A stretch of DNA of 64,000 nt, from NCBI GenBank assembly GCA_902526165.1, contig CABZKA010000002.1:29871-93870 (forward strand), given 5' to 3'. Numbering within the stretch: position 1 is the first letter of the stretch; every line of letters begins with the position of its first letter. A program made the translations under genes and the position numbers. The notes under the pieces are model-generated. The model did no database searches and was not told where the DNA came from. It worked only from the letters and a program-made list of their open reading frames with translations. The DNA comes from an uncultured Bacteroidota bacterium. GTDB taxonomy: Bacteria > Bacteroidota > Bacteroidia > Flavobacteriales > Flavobacteriaceae. Of the stretch, positions 47,695 through 56,989 are shown piece after piece.

Positions 47695-49896
47695 ATGAGA
47701 AAAAACATAATAGTTTCTAACAGATTACCAGTTAACGTAACGAAATTAGAAAATTCTTTCCTATTTCAATCATCAAGTGGAGGTTTAGCTACAGGTTTAA
47801 AATCAATTCATCAAAAATCAGATTCATTGTGGATTGGATGGTCTGGTATATCGTCTAATGAACTAAGCACACAAAGCAAATTAGAAATAAAAGAATCACT
47901 TGAAAAATTAAACCTTGATGAGGTAGAATTAACAAAAAAAGAAATCGATGGATTTTATTACGGATTACCCAACAAATGTATATGGCCTTTATTTCATTAC
48001 TTTATAGAGTTTGCAAAGTTTGATGAACAGGATTGGCAATCTTATGTTGAGGTAAATAAAAAATTTTGTGATAAAATTATTGAAAAAGCTGCACCAAATG
48101 CTACTATCTGGGTTCATGATTATCAATTATTACTTCTTCCCAAAATGTTAAAAGAATTAAGATCTGATTTAACAATTGGGTTTTTTCTTCATATTCCGTT
48201 TCCATCATTTGAAATTTTTAGAATATTTCCATGGAGAAATGATCTCTTGGAAGGTATGTTGGGGGCTGACTTAATTGGGTTTCATACATTTGATTATCAA
48301 CGGCATTTCTTAAGCTCAGTAAAAAGGATCTTAAGATATGATGTGGATTTTAATAGGGTAAATTTAGGATCTAGGGAAGTTGTTGTAAATACGTTTCCAA
48401 TGGGTATTGATTACAACAAGTTTAGTGAAGCTGCCAAACTTCATAAACAACAAAAAAAATCACAACAATCTGAACTAAAAATACAATTGAATTTACATAA
48501 AAAATCTTCGGATAAAAGTAAACTAATCCTTTCAATAGACAGGCTTGATTATACCAAAGGAGTAATTAATCGCATAAAAGCATTTGAACTTTTTTTAGAA
48601 AAATATCCACATTATCTTGAAAAAGTAAGGCTTGTTATGCTAAGTGTTCCATCTCGATCTGATGTACCCGAATATAAAAAATTGAAAAAAGAAACAGATG
48701 AATTTGTTGGTAGAATAAATGGAAAATTTGCAACTGTAAATTGGACGCCAATATGGTATTATTATAGGCATATGGACTTTGATGATTTAATTGATTTGTA
48801 TATGATATCTGATATAGCAATGATTACACCCGTTAGAGATGGAATGAACTTGGTTGCAAAAGAATTTATTGCAACAAGGATTGATTCTGATGGTGTATTA
48901 ATATTAAGCGAGATGGCAGGCGCATCAAAGGAGCTTTTTGAAGCAATAACTGTAAATCCTTTCGATTTAGATGCAATGGCTGATAGCATATTAAAAGCGA
49001 TTAAAATGCCAAAGGATGAACAGATTAGAAGAAATCAAACTATGCAAAAAAGACTTAGTAGGTATACCGTAAAATACTGGGCTAATGCATTTTTTAAAGC
49101 TTTAAATAATAAGTCCAAAGAGACAAAAGAACCTTCTACTATTAAAATTAAAAATGATATAATTAAAGATATCCAAAATGAATTTCATAAAGCAAAAAAG
49201 AAATTATTACTGCTTGATTATGATGGGACATTAGTACGTTTTCATCACAAGCCTGAGGCGGCAGTACCAAAAAATGAGATTTTGGAAACATTGAAAGCTT
49301 TATCTCAAATTGATAATACAAGTGTTGCTATTATTAGCGGAAGAGATAAAAAATTTTTAGAGAAGTGGTTCTCTAATTTAGATATTATATTGTTTGCTGA
49401 ACATGGTCATTTCCAAAAAAAATTTAACAAAAAATGGATAGAAAAAATACAAAAGGATAGTGATTGGAAGAAAAACTTTCTTCCAATTTTTCAAGACTTT
49501 ACAGATAGAACACCAGGAACATTTATCGAAGAAAAATCAAATTGCATAGTGTGGCACTATAGAAAAACAGATCCTGAACTTGCGAATGATAGAGTTGTTG
49601 AACTCAAGACCGTAGTTAATAGTTTAATTTCAGAGAACCTGATAATGATGGATGGTGACAAAGCAATTGAAATAACCAATGTCAATATAAATAAGGGAAG
49701 TGCAGTCAATTCTTTATTAAATGAAAAAGAATATGATTTTGTATTGTGTGCAGGTGATGATATTTCTGATGAAAATATGTTTATTAATTTACCAGAAAAG
49801 GCATTCTCTATTAAGGTAGGCAGAAAAGCTACTAAGGCAAAATATTTTTTAGAAGGGCCAAGTGACATGGTTAATTTGTTAAAAAAAATTACTTGA
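47695..49896 (+). CDS. otsA: Bifunctional trehalose-6-phosphate synthase / trehalose-6-phosphate phosphatase (OtsA-OtsB fusion)
   Basis: 733 aa. GT20 blocks IVSNRLP, VHDYQLLLLP and GMNLVAKEF. C-terminal HAD blocks LLLDYDGTL and CAGDDISDE. Confidence 0.92.
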   Translation: MRKNIIVSNRLPVNVTKLENSFLFQSSSGGLATGLKSIHQKSDSLWIGWSGISSNELSTQSKLEIKESLEKLNLDEVELTKKEIDGFYYGLPNKCIWPLFHYFIEFAKFDEQDWQSYVEVNKKFCDKIIEKAAPNATIWVHDYQLLLLPKMLKELRSDLTIGFFLHIPFPSFEIFRIFPWRNDLLEGMLGADLIGFHTFDYQRHFLSSVKRILRYDVDFNRVNLGSREVVVNTFPMGIDYNKFSEAAKLHKQQKKSQQSELKIQLNLHKKSSDKSKLILSIDRLDYTKGVINRIKAFELFLEKYPHYLEKVRLVMLSVPSRSDVPEYKKLKKETDEFVGRINGKFATVNWTPIWYYYRHMDFDDLIDLYMISDIAMITPVRDGMNLVAKEFIATRIDSDGVLILSEMAGASKELFEAITVNPFDLDAMADSILKAIKMPKDEQIRRNQTMQKRLSRYTVKYWANAFFKALNNKSKETKEPSTIKIKNDIIKDIQNEFHKAKKKLLLLDYDGTLVRFHHKPEAAVPKNEILETLKALSQIDNTSVAIISGRDKKFLEKWFSNLDIILFAEHGHFQKKFNKKWIEKIQKDSDWKKNFLPIFQDFTDRTPGTFIEEKSNCIVWHYRKTDPELANDRVVELKTVVNSLISENLIMMDGDKAIEITNVNINKGSAVNSLLNEKEYDFVLCAGDDISDENMFINLPEKAFSIKVGRKATKAKYFLEGPSDMVNLLKKIT

Positions 49897-51281
49897 GATC
49901 TAAAGAAAAATTAATTGACAAAAATCTTTGTGATCAACTAAAGAAGCTTTATACAACTATATTAAAGGCCCCATCTGATTACTCAGTTTTAGAAATAAGA
50001 AAACTTTGTAGTACAGAGTTTGCAAAAATTTTTTCCAACGTAAAATTTATTTTAAAGGGAACGGAACATTTACCCACGGAAAGTAGCTCTATATTTATTT
50101 ATAATCATTTAAATAATCATGTAAACTATTCTGTTTTTGATGACTTTCAAATAACACTTGATAGTCACTTTATTAGCAGTATTATTTTGAAAAAGTATTA
50201 TGCTAATCCCGGGACTAGGGTTGTTAGATGCTCATTGCAAGATGAAGTAAACCATTTTAACTACTACGATAAGTTTGATTATGTGAGGGTCTTTGCTCAA
50301 AATTTTATTCCTCCAAACATAAATTACAGTCAAATAAAAGCTTTTAATAAAAGCTTTTATACAAAATCTATAAATGAACTGAAAAAAGGAGGAGGAGTTG
50401 TTGTTAGTCCTGAGGGATTTTCAAGAAAAACCGAAGAATCACCAGGTGATTTTAAAATTGGAGTTTTCAAATTGGCCACTAAATTAAAACCCCAGCCAAA
50501 AATTGTCCCGATTATTATGGCAAATTTTGATAAACTTTTATCAGAAACCACCTACAAATGTGAAATCATGAAACCATTTAAGATGAGTGATCATGGGATT
50601 AATGATGAGAATGATCCAAAATTAGTAGACTTTGTAAAAGATTATAATGAACAATATAAAAATTGGGTCAAAGATTTAATTAGAGAAGATTTAAACTTTG
50701 AGGGTGAGTTAAAAAAATTAAAAAAATTAGTAAGTAATAAAAAAGACACCAATAATCTACTCGTATTTTATGGGAGTTCTACAATTAGACTTTGGGAAAG
50801 ATTAGCATCTGATTTTTCGAATTTTAATACAATTAACCTAGGTTTTGGTGGTGCTTTAGTTCAAGATTTAAACAAAAACTTTAATGATTTATTCAAAAGT
50901 TTAAATCCTAAATATATAGTAACATACCTGGGCGGTAATGACCTTACATTGAACTACAGCGCTGAAAAAATTTCCCAAAAGATCATTGAATTTTTCAAGA
51001 AAATAACTGAAAGATTTCCAAATACATCAATCATAAATCTTTCGATAAAGCCTTCATTTGAAAGAATAAAAGATATTGAAAAAATTGAAAAAATAAATAG
51101 CTTGATTAAAACTGAAAGTAAGACCAACAATAAATTAATTCAGTTAGAATTTTATGATGAGTTAATGATTGAAAATAAAATAAACTCTGATTTCTACTTA
51201 CAGGATGGACTGCACTTAAACACTAAAGGGTATGAAATAATTATTAAAAAATTAAAACAATTATTAAAAAACCTAGATTAA
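49893..51281 (+). CDS. Fusion protein: PlsC/LPLAT-like acyltransferase domain + SGNH/GDSL hydrolase domain
   Basis: 462 aa. The TTG start overlaps the otsAB TGA (TTGA). N-terminal half: IYNHLNNH, VVVSPEGFSRK, IVPIIM. C-terminal half: VFYGSSTIRLW, GFGGA, YLGGNDL, DGLHLNTKGY. Confidence 0.7.
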   Translation: MRSKEKLIDKNLCDQLKKLYTTILKAPSDYSVLEIRKLCSTEFAKIFSNVKFILKGTEHLPTESSSIFIYNHLNNHVNYSVFDDFQITLDSHFISSIILKKYYANPGTRVVRCSLQDEVNHFNYYDKFDYVRVFAQNFIPPNINYSQIKAFNKSFYTKSINELKKGGGVVVSPEGFSRKTEESPGDFKIGVFKLATKLKPQPKIVPIIMANFDKLLSETTYKCEIMKPFKMSDHGINDENDPKLVDFVKDYNEQYKNWVKDLIREDLNFEGELKKLKKLVSNKKDTNNLLVFYGSSTIRLWERLASDFSNFNTINLGFGGALVQDLNKNFNDLFKSLNPKYIVTYLGGNDLTLNYSAEKISQKIIEFFKKITERFPNTSIINLSIKPSFERIKDIEKIEKINSLIKTESKTNNKLIQLEFYDELMIENKINSDFYLQDGLHLNTKGYEIIIKKLKQLLKNLD

Positions 51282-51763
51282 TTAATTGGCACTATTGTAT
51301 CAAAAATAGCTTCAGAAAAATAAAATTTGAATTTTAATTCATCATTTTTTTCTACTAGGTAAGTACTCTCAAGCCAATCAAAAATCAATCTCACCTTTCC
51401 GTCTGGTGTATTTATATCAAACTCCCCGTGATGTTCTAAACTTACATGCGCTGAGTTAAAGTCAGTGTCTATTTCTATGTTTTTAAAATCTCTTTTTGAT
51501 TCAATGATATCAAATGATTTTACAAAATCTATAAACTCATCTGTGCTGTATCTTTTACTATTTTCAAAAATGAAAAAATCTTCGGTCACAATTTCACTAA
51601 ATCGATCTACATCATTATCAACAATCTGAAAAATTTCATCTAATTTTTTCTCTACATCAGATTCTGAAACTTTATTAGACACTGAAAATAGGCCGTATAT
51701 CATTCCTAAAACAATCCCAACAAAAAGGAAAAAACCGAACTTAAAATTAAATATATGCTTCAT
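51278..51763 (-). CDS. Membrane-anchored NTF2/SnoaL-like (DUF4440-like) protein
   Basis: 161 aa from the ATG at 51763 (MKHIFNFKFGFFLFVGIVLGMIYGLF). The longer track ORF would overlap the upstream gene. ATGA overlap with the upstream stop. The fold call is tentative. Confidence 0.5.
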   Translation of the reverse strand: MKHIFNFKFGFFLFVGIVLGMIYGLFSVSNKVSESDVEKKLDEIFQIVDNDVDRFSEIVTEDFFIFENSKRYSTDEFIDFVKSFDIIESKRDFKNIEIDTDFNSAHVSLEHHGEFDINTPDGKVRLIFDWLESTYLVEKNDELKFKFYFSEAIFDTIVPIN

Positions 51764-52008
51764 GATTTGTTTTTTTTTCCAAATAAATGTAAGGTTTCTT
51801 TTGTTGTTGGTAGTAAAATTACTAGTGGAATTAGAAAAATCCACCATTTAGGAAATATAGGAATACTATTTTTTTCTGATTCACTTAAATCACCTAGTTT
51901 ATGTAGTTGCTCATAAATTGTCAAATCTTGTAAATAAGAATTATAATCTACAATAAGCATCAGAATAGTGACTACAATTGCAATAATCAGCCTAGATTTA
52001 AATTTCAT
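51760..52008 (-). CDS. 82-aa two-TM membrane protein, unknown
   Basis: Hydrophobic N- and C-terminal segments. ATGA-type overlaps with both neighbours. Confidence 0.45.
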   Translation of the reverse strand: MKFKSRLIIAIVVTILMLIVDYNSYLQDLTIYEQLHKLGDLSESEKNSIPIFPKWWIFLIPLVILLPTTKETLHLFGKKNKS

Positions 52009-52526
52009 TTATTTTCACTTTCTTTTTGCTCATCCAATTTTTCATTTGGATATTTTACCTTACTGTACCCATATGCCATAAAATATGGGTCTTTAATTTC
52101 TAATTTAATTTCGTACTTATCTTCGAACTTATCAATGATCTCCAGGATTTTATCTAGGTTCTTCCTTGTTTTTTTCTGTATTCTTAAGCAAACTTTGTCA
52201 TTAAAATCTATAAACCACAATACTTCAATTTTTTGTGTTCCGTATTGTCCACTCCATTTTTCAGTAACATGAGCGTAATGTTTAATTTCTCTCCAAGTCT
52301 TTTTTTTAAGTGTAATGGGAGCTAAGTATAATTCCTTTTTTATTCCCTCCCTGTTAACCTTAACAGAGGTAATGCAACACATAGCATATAAAATTACACA
52401 GGGAATGATAATATTTAGATTTTGGATAAAAAAGTCCAGGACAGAGTCTATGTATAAGGGAAGCAAAAGAATTAACAGTCCTCCAAGCATATCTAAATTT
52501 ATTCCAATTGACTTAAACTCTTTCAT
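52005..52526 (-). CDS. Membrane protein with two TM helices and a soluble C-terminal domain (bacterial PH-like, tentative)
   Basis: 173 aa. I recognise no firm family. Confidence 0.45.
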   Translation of the reverse strand: MKEFKSIGINLDMLGGLLILLLPLYIDSVLDFFIQNLNIIIPCVILYAMCCITSVKVNREGIKKELYLAPITLKKKTWREIKHYAHVTEKWSGQYGTQKIEVLWFIDFNDKVCLRIQKKTRKNLDKILEIIDKFEDKYEIKLEIKDPYFMAYGYSKVKYPNEKLDEQKESENK

Positions 52527-52545
52527 TCCTATAAGTTATTAAATT

Positions 52546-53340
52546 TTACTGATATCTTCCAGGAACTAAAAAAGAGCTTAAAACGTCAAAAACCTTTTTT
52601 GGGACAATTTTTAAAAGACAAACAATAAACTTCCATGTTTTAGTTGGTACAACAACTTTTTTATTTTTAAGCATTCCATCAACACCTTCTTTTGCAATTC
52701 TTTTCGCGGATTTTTTTAAAAAACTTGGAACACTATCCATCTCATTTTGAACGCCACTTGCTGTATGAAAATTTGTTACAGTATACCCAGGACACAAAGC
52801 TGTTGAATATATTTTGTGCTTATTATATACAGCGTTTAAAGACTCATTAAATCTATTCATAAATGTTTTTACAGGGCCGTACAATGACTGAATTGATGAT
52901 GGAGGTGCGTATGCAGCGACTGAGGATACAATCATTATATTTCCTTTTCCATATTCAATCATTTTAGGTAAAAATATTTTTGTCAAGGCAATCACAGACG
53001 TTGAAAGCACCCTTAGAAACTTTTCTTCGTCTTCCATTGGGGTAACATGAAACAAATCTGGTAATGCATAACCTGCATTGTTAATTAGAATATCAATTTG
53101 ATAATCCTTTGATTCACAAAAATCATAAAGCATTTGCGGTGCATCAATTTTACTTAAATCACATTTAATATAATCTGCTTTCACATGATAATTTTTCGAA
53201 ATTTCTGATGATAACTCAATTAGCTTATCTTCACTCCTCGCTGTCAGAATTACATTATATTTTTTTTCAGCAAGACACTTTGCAATTTCTAATCCAATTC
53301 CAGAACTGGCCCCAGTTATGAGTGCAAAGTTATTTGACAT
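52546..53340 (-). CDS. Short-chain dehydrogenase/reductase (SDR)
   Basis: 264 aa. TGASSGIG cofactor motif, NNAG, and catalytic S...YGPVK (YxxxK). Confidence 0.9.
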   Translation of the reverse strand: MSNNFALITGASSGIGLEIAKCLAEKKYNVILTARSEDKLIELSSEISKNYHVKADYIKCDLSKIDAPQMLYDFCESKDYQIDILINNAGYALPDLFHVTPMEDEEKFLRVLSTSVIALTKIFLPKMIEYGKGNIMIVSSVAAYAPPSSIQSLYGPVKTFMNRFNESLNAVYNKHKIYSTALCPGYTVTNFHTASGVQNEMDSVPSFLKKSAKRIAKEGVDGMLKNKKVVVPTKTWKFIVCLLKIVPKKVFDVLSSFLVPGRYQ

Positions 53341-53341
53341 T

Positions 53342-56300
53342 TTAGAGCGATTCTACTTTCTTTCTATTATCATCAGAATTCGTATCAATCAATTTATTGT
53401 AAGGATCAATTCCAACTTCAACAGGCTTACTATCTAAGATAATTGACAACTTGTTATTTATAGATGTAATTTTGTGTTTCTTTAAATAAAGTTCATTGTC
53501 ATCATCTTCTCCAAAAACCCCTACATCAATATAGTCTTCTAAGTAGACTGAGTACTCAGGCTTTCTCATATCATCAGACTTATAAAAAATTGAGTCTCTT
53601 TCCTCATCTCCATAAAACATTTTTCCTTTTTCATCATTTCTGTACTTACTCACTCTAAACTCAAAATCAACCTGATACTTTCCGTTTTCTAACTGTTTAG
53701 ATTCTGCCTTAAGTACTCTATTTTCATATAATGTAATTGTTTCAAACATATCTTTAATTACATAATTTAATGAGTCAGGAATTACCTTTCTCAGATCATC
53801 TACTAATTCTATTGATGTTGTATATGGTGGAGATTGGAATGCAACCTTTTCAACATAATTTGACAATGTTTTATTTAGAAGACTTTCGCCTATGTAATCA
53901 CTCAAAGCATAAAAAATTAATGAGCCCTTTTGATAGTGAATATATCCTTGACCATCATTATACATCAATGCATTTTCTCTTTTAGTTTCAAAAGTTCTTT
54001 GAGTCAAATATGTATCCAATGACCTTTTCAAAAACTTACGCATTTTATTTTTACCATTTACCTCCTCTGTAACTTTGAGTGCAACATATTCTGAAAGGCT
54101 TTCAGAAAGCATTGTTGCACCAAGAACATCGGCTCCAATTACTTGATGAGCCCACCACTGGTGTGCAATTTCATGAGCTGTAACAACAAAGGCAAAGTCA
54201 TTGCCTCCTTCATCAGAATCGTCTACATCTGCTATGAAACCAAAAGTTTCTGAGAAGGGAATTGTGTTGGGAAATGATTGAGCAAATGTTCCGGTAGTTC
54301 TAGGAAACTCAATAATCCTAGCTTGCTTATGTTGATAAGGGCTAAAGTTTTCGGAACAATATTTCAAGGCTGCTTTCATCCCTTTCATCATTCTATCTAA
54401 ATTATACTCATGTCCTTTGTGATGATAAATTTCTAAATTAAGATCATTCCATTTGTCTCTTGCTACTTGGTAATCAGCAGAATTAAATGCGTAAAAGTTT
54501 AAAATTTTACTATCCATTTTATAGTGAAAATACCTTCTATCATCTTCAATCCATTCTTTTTGTAAATAGCCTGGAGCAATGGCAATTTGATCTTTTGATG
54601 TGCTTACAACAGCCTCAAAATCTACCCAATCAGAATCATTGGAAATGTAAGTATTGCCAAGTGCTGTTGAATCAGATGGATGTGGTTTTAATTTATTTGG
54701 AGGAAGACCGTACTTTTCTCTTGTCTTATCGTCTCTCAATTCTCCACCACTGTAACCCAATGAAGGGAATAACGTAAAGTTATTGACAAATGTTCCATTG
54801 TAAATAACTGGAGAATTATTTCTTAAAAATGTGTTTGGTTGATTTTTTACACTAAATTCTAAATTTAATGAATCCCCTGGGCTCAATGGCTCTTTTAATT
54901 TATAAATATCAAAATGATAAATGGTATCCTCTAAAACTAGAGAATTTTCTTTACTGAACTCAAAAGTACTAATAGCTCGGTTGTGGTTTAAAAATATACT
55001 ATCAATTACATCACTTGTTTTATTAACCATAATATACTTACCAGAAGCGCTAACATTTCTAGATTTTGGAAAAAGATCAACATTAACATTTACTGAAACA
55101 ATTCTGGGTTGACTGTAGCTCTCAAACTTTTTGTATTTCTTTTCCCACTCTACTGTTTCAATTTCTCTTTCCTTAGCTGATTTTCTAACGTTTAGTATGT
55201 TATTTACATAATAAATGTATCCACCGATTGAGATAAACAATAATGTGAAAAGTGATAAGAAAAATGGATTTTTTCCGTTAAATCTTGATTTGGCAATTTT
55301 AAACTTTTCCGTTATACCGCTAGATAATCCCCTGTTGTAAAATAAAATTGTAAGAATGTAAAAAACTATTCCTAGGCTCAACCAGTAAAATTTATAAACA
55401 AAATAGTTTTGAAGACCTGAACCATAACCGTTCATGTCAGAATAGGAAAACCCAGGGCCTTGATTATATTTAAATATTGATTGTTCAATACCAGCTATAC
55501 TTGTCAGTGGAATACCAATTAAAAGAACAATCATAACAAAAAGTCCCAAGTAAGGGTTTGGTATCAAAGTCTGTACAAAAAAAGATAACAAAGCCCATAT
55601 TACGTAATAAATAAGGTTAAGTACGATTAACTCGTAAATGTATAATCCAATCTGAAAATCATAATATCCTTTATATGTCTGAAAAATAATCCCAGTGATC
55701 ATGATCAATGATAGTAATACAATCTGCATTTTAATAATTGCTAAAAATTTTGATCCCAATAAAATCCAATTTGGAGTTGGGGTGGTATCAATAAGTTGGT
55801 TAACATTTGATATCCTTGATCGGTGGATTAATAAGCCTGCATATAAAAAAGTACAAATATTTATTGCTAATGAAAATGGTGCTCCTGCCTCCAACATTCT
55901 CCATGTACGAGGAAGTGTCGCAGTGCCAAAAATATTTCCTAATTCGAATAGGCCAACTAAATTAAGAAGTAAGCCTACGATTACTATTGAAATAAAAGGC
56001 CAGCTTTTTACTATATAAAAAAAGTCAATATTTGAAAGGCGCCAAAATAAATTTAACTGAGTTTTGATTGAAAAGTTTAAATTAATTTTGGGTAAATTAA
56101 TTTTTGTAATTCCTCCAAAATTAGATTTGGTAAATCTTACAGAATTATTCTTTCTAAATGAGAATGTAAATGCATTTTGGCTAAAACTGAATAGTCTGTA
56201 TATAGAAATAAAAACAGCAAATCCAATTGTGAGCCATATTAGTCTGTTATAAATAAAGACTCCTTTAATAGGAATATACAGTTCATTTTGTTCTGCAACT

Positions 56301-56989
56301 GTCCAATATCTTGTGTAGTAATCTAAGGCCATATCACCAAACGGATCAAGAAGAGCGGCGATTAATCTATTTTCTTGTTCTTGACCGAAGCTTGCTAGAA
56401 AACCCTGTAATATTAAAATAATGATCACGAATATAAATCCAGCAGAAATATTTCGTGTAAATGTTACTATTCCAAAAACAATAGCTCCTGTGAATAACAT
56501 ATTAGGTAGAATGTAAATTATGTAAGCATCCAAATAGGGCTTTATATCAAATTCTGTCAAAAGATCTGGATTTGTACCCGGGAGGTTAAATCCAAGTCCA
56601 ATCCCTAATGCAATTAATAATACTATTACGTGAACAATGAATATTCCACTAAAAAATTTTGCAAGTAGATATTGAAGCTTAGTAAAAGGATAAGAGTACA
56701 GTATTGTATGCATTTCACTTTTAAAATCTCTGTACACAGATACTCCAATTATGGATGGATATAAAAATATTACCAAGCTGCTAAGCCCGGCAAAAAGACC
56801 GGAAAGTGCAAATGGTGAGTTTACGATTCTTGATGATCCAACAGTAACAGTAATTGAATCAAATAAACCAGCTGCAGAACCTGAAGTCATTACTGCAATA
56901 AATAAGAAGATTAATGAGTAGACATAAAAGGCTGGCCTATCCAACCAATAACTAATTTCATTTTTGAAAATATTAAAGAACATAAACAC
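53342..56989 (-). CDS. ABC-2-type permease fused to an M1-family (gluzincin) metallopeptidase domain
   Basis: 1215 aa (GTG at 56989, or ATG at 56983). The N-terminal roughly 575 aa has many TM helices. The C-terminal half has VVTAHEIAHQWW ... SESLSEY (HExxH...E zinc site). Confidence 0.85.
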   Translation of the reverse strand: MFMFFNIFKNEISYWLDRPAFYVYSLIFLFIAVMTSGSAAGLFDSITVTVGSSRIVNSPFALSGLFAGLSSLVIFLYPSIIGVSVYRDFKSEMHTILYSYPFTKLQYLLAKFFSGIFIVHVIVLLIALGIGLGFNLPGTNPDLLTEFDIKPYLDAYIIYILPNMLFTGAIVFGIVTFTRNISAGFIFVIIILILQGFLASFGQEQENRLIAALLDPFGDMALDYYTRYWTVAEQNELYIPIKGVFIYNRLIWLTIGFAVFISIYRLFSFSQNAFTFSFRKNNSVRFTKSNFGGITKINLPKINLNFSIKTQLNLFWRLSNIDFFYIVKSWPFISIVIVGLLLNLVGLFELGNIFGTATLPRTWRMLEAGAPFSLAINICTFLYAGLLIHRSRISNVNQLIDTTPTPNWILLGSKFLAIIKMQIVLLSLIMITGIIFQTYKGYYDFQIGLYIYELIVLNLIYYVIWALLSFFVQTLIPNPYLGLFVMIVLLIGIPLTSIAGIEQSIFKYNQGPGFSYSDMNGYGSGLQNYFVYKFYWLSLGIVFYILTILFYNRGLSSGITEKFKIAKSRFNGKNPFFLSLFTLLFISIGGYIYYVNNILNVRKSAKEREIETVEWEKKYKKFESYSQPRIVSVNVNVDLFPKSRNVSASGKYIMVNKTSDVIDSIFLNHNRAISTFEFSKENSLVLEDTIYHFDIYKLKEPLSPGDSLNLEFSVKNQPNTFLRNNSPVIYNGTFVNNFTLFPSLGYSGGELRDDKTREKYGLPPNKLKPHPSDSTALGNTYISNDSDWVDFEAVVSTSKDQIAIAPGYLQKEWIEDDRRYFHYKMDSKILNFYAFNSADYQVARDKWNDLNLEIYHHKGHEYNLDRMMKGMKAALKYCSENFSPYQHKQARIIEFPRTTGTFAQSFPNTIPFSETFGFIADVDDSDEGGNDFAFVVTAHEIAHQWWAHQVIGADVLGATMLSESLSEYVALKVTEEVNGKNKMRKFLKRSLDTYLTQRTFETKRENALMYNDGQGYIHYQKGSLIFYALSDYIGESLLNKTLSNYVEKVAFQSPPYTTSIELVDDLRKVIPDSLNYVIKDMFETITLYENRVLKAESKQLENGKYQVDFEFRVSKYRNDEKGKMFYGDEERDSIFYKSDDMRKPEYSVYLEDYIDVGVFGEDDDNELYLKKHKITSINNKLSIILDSKPVEVGIDPYNKLIDTNSDDNRKKVESL

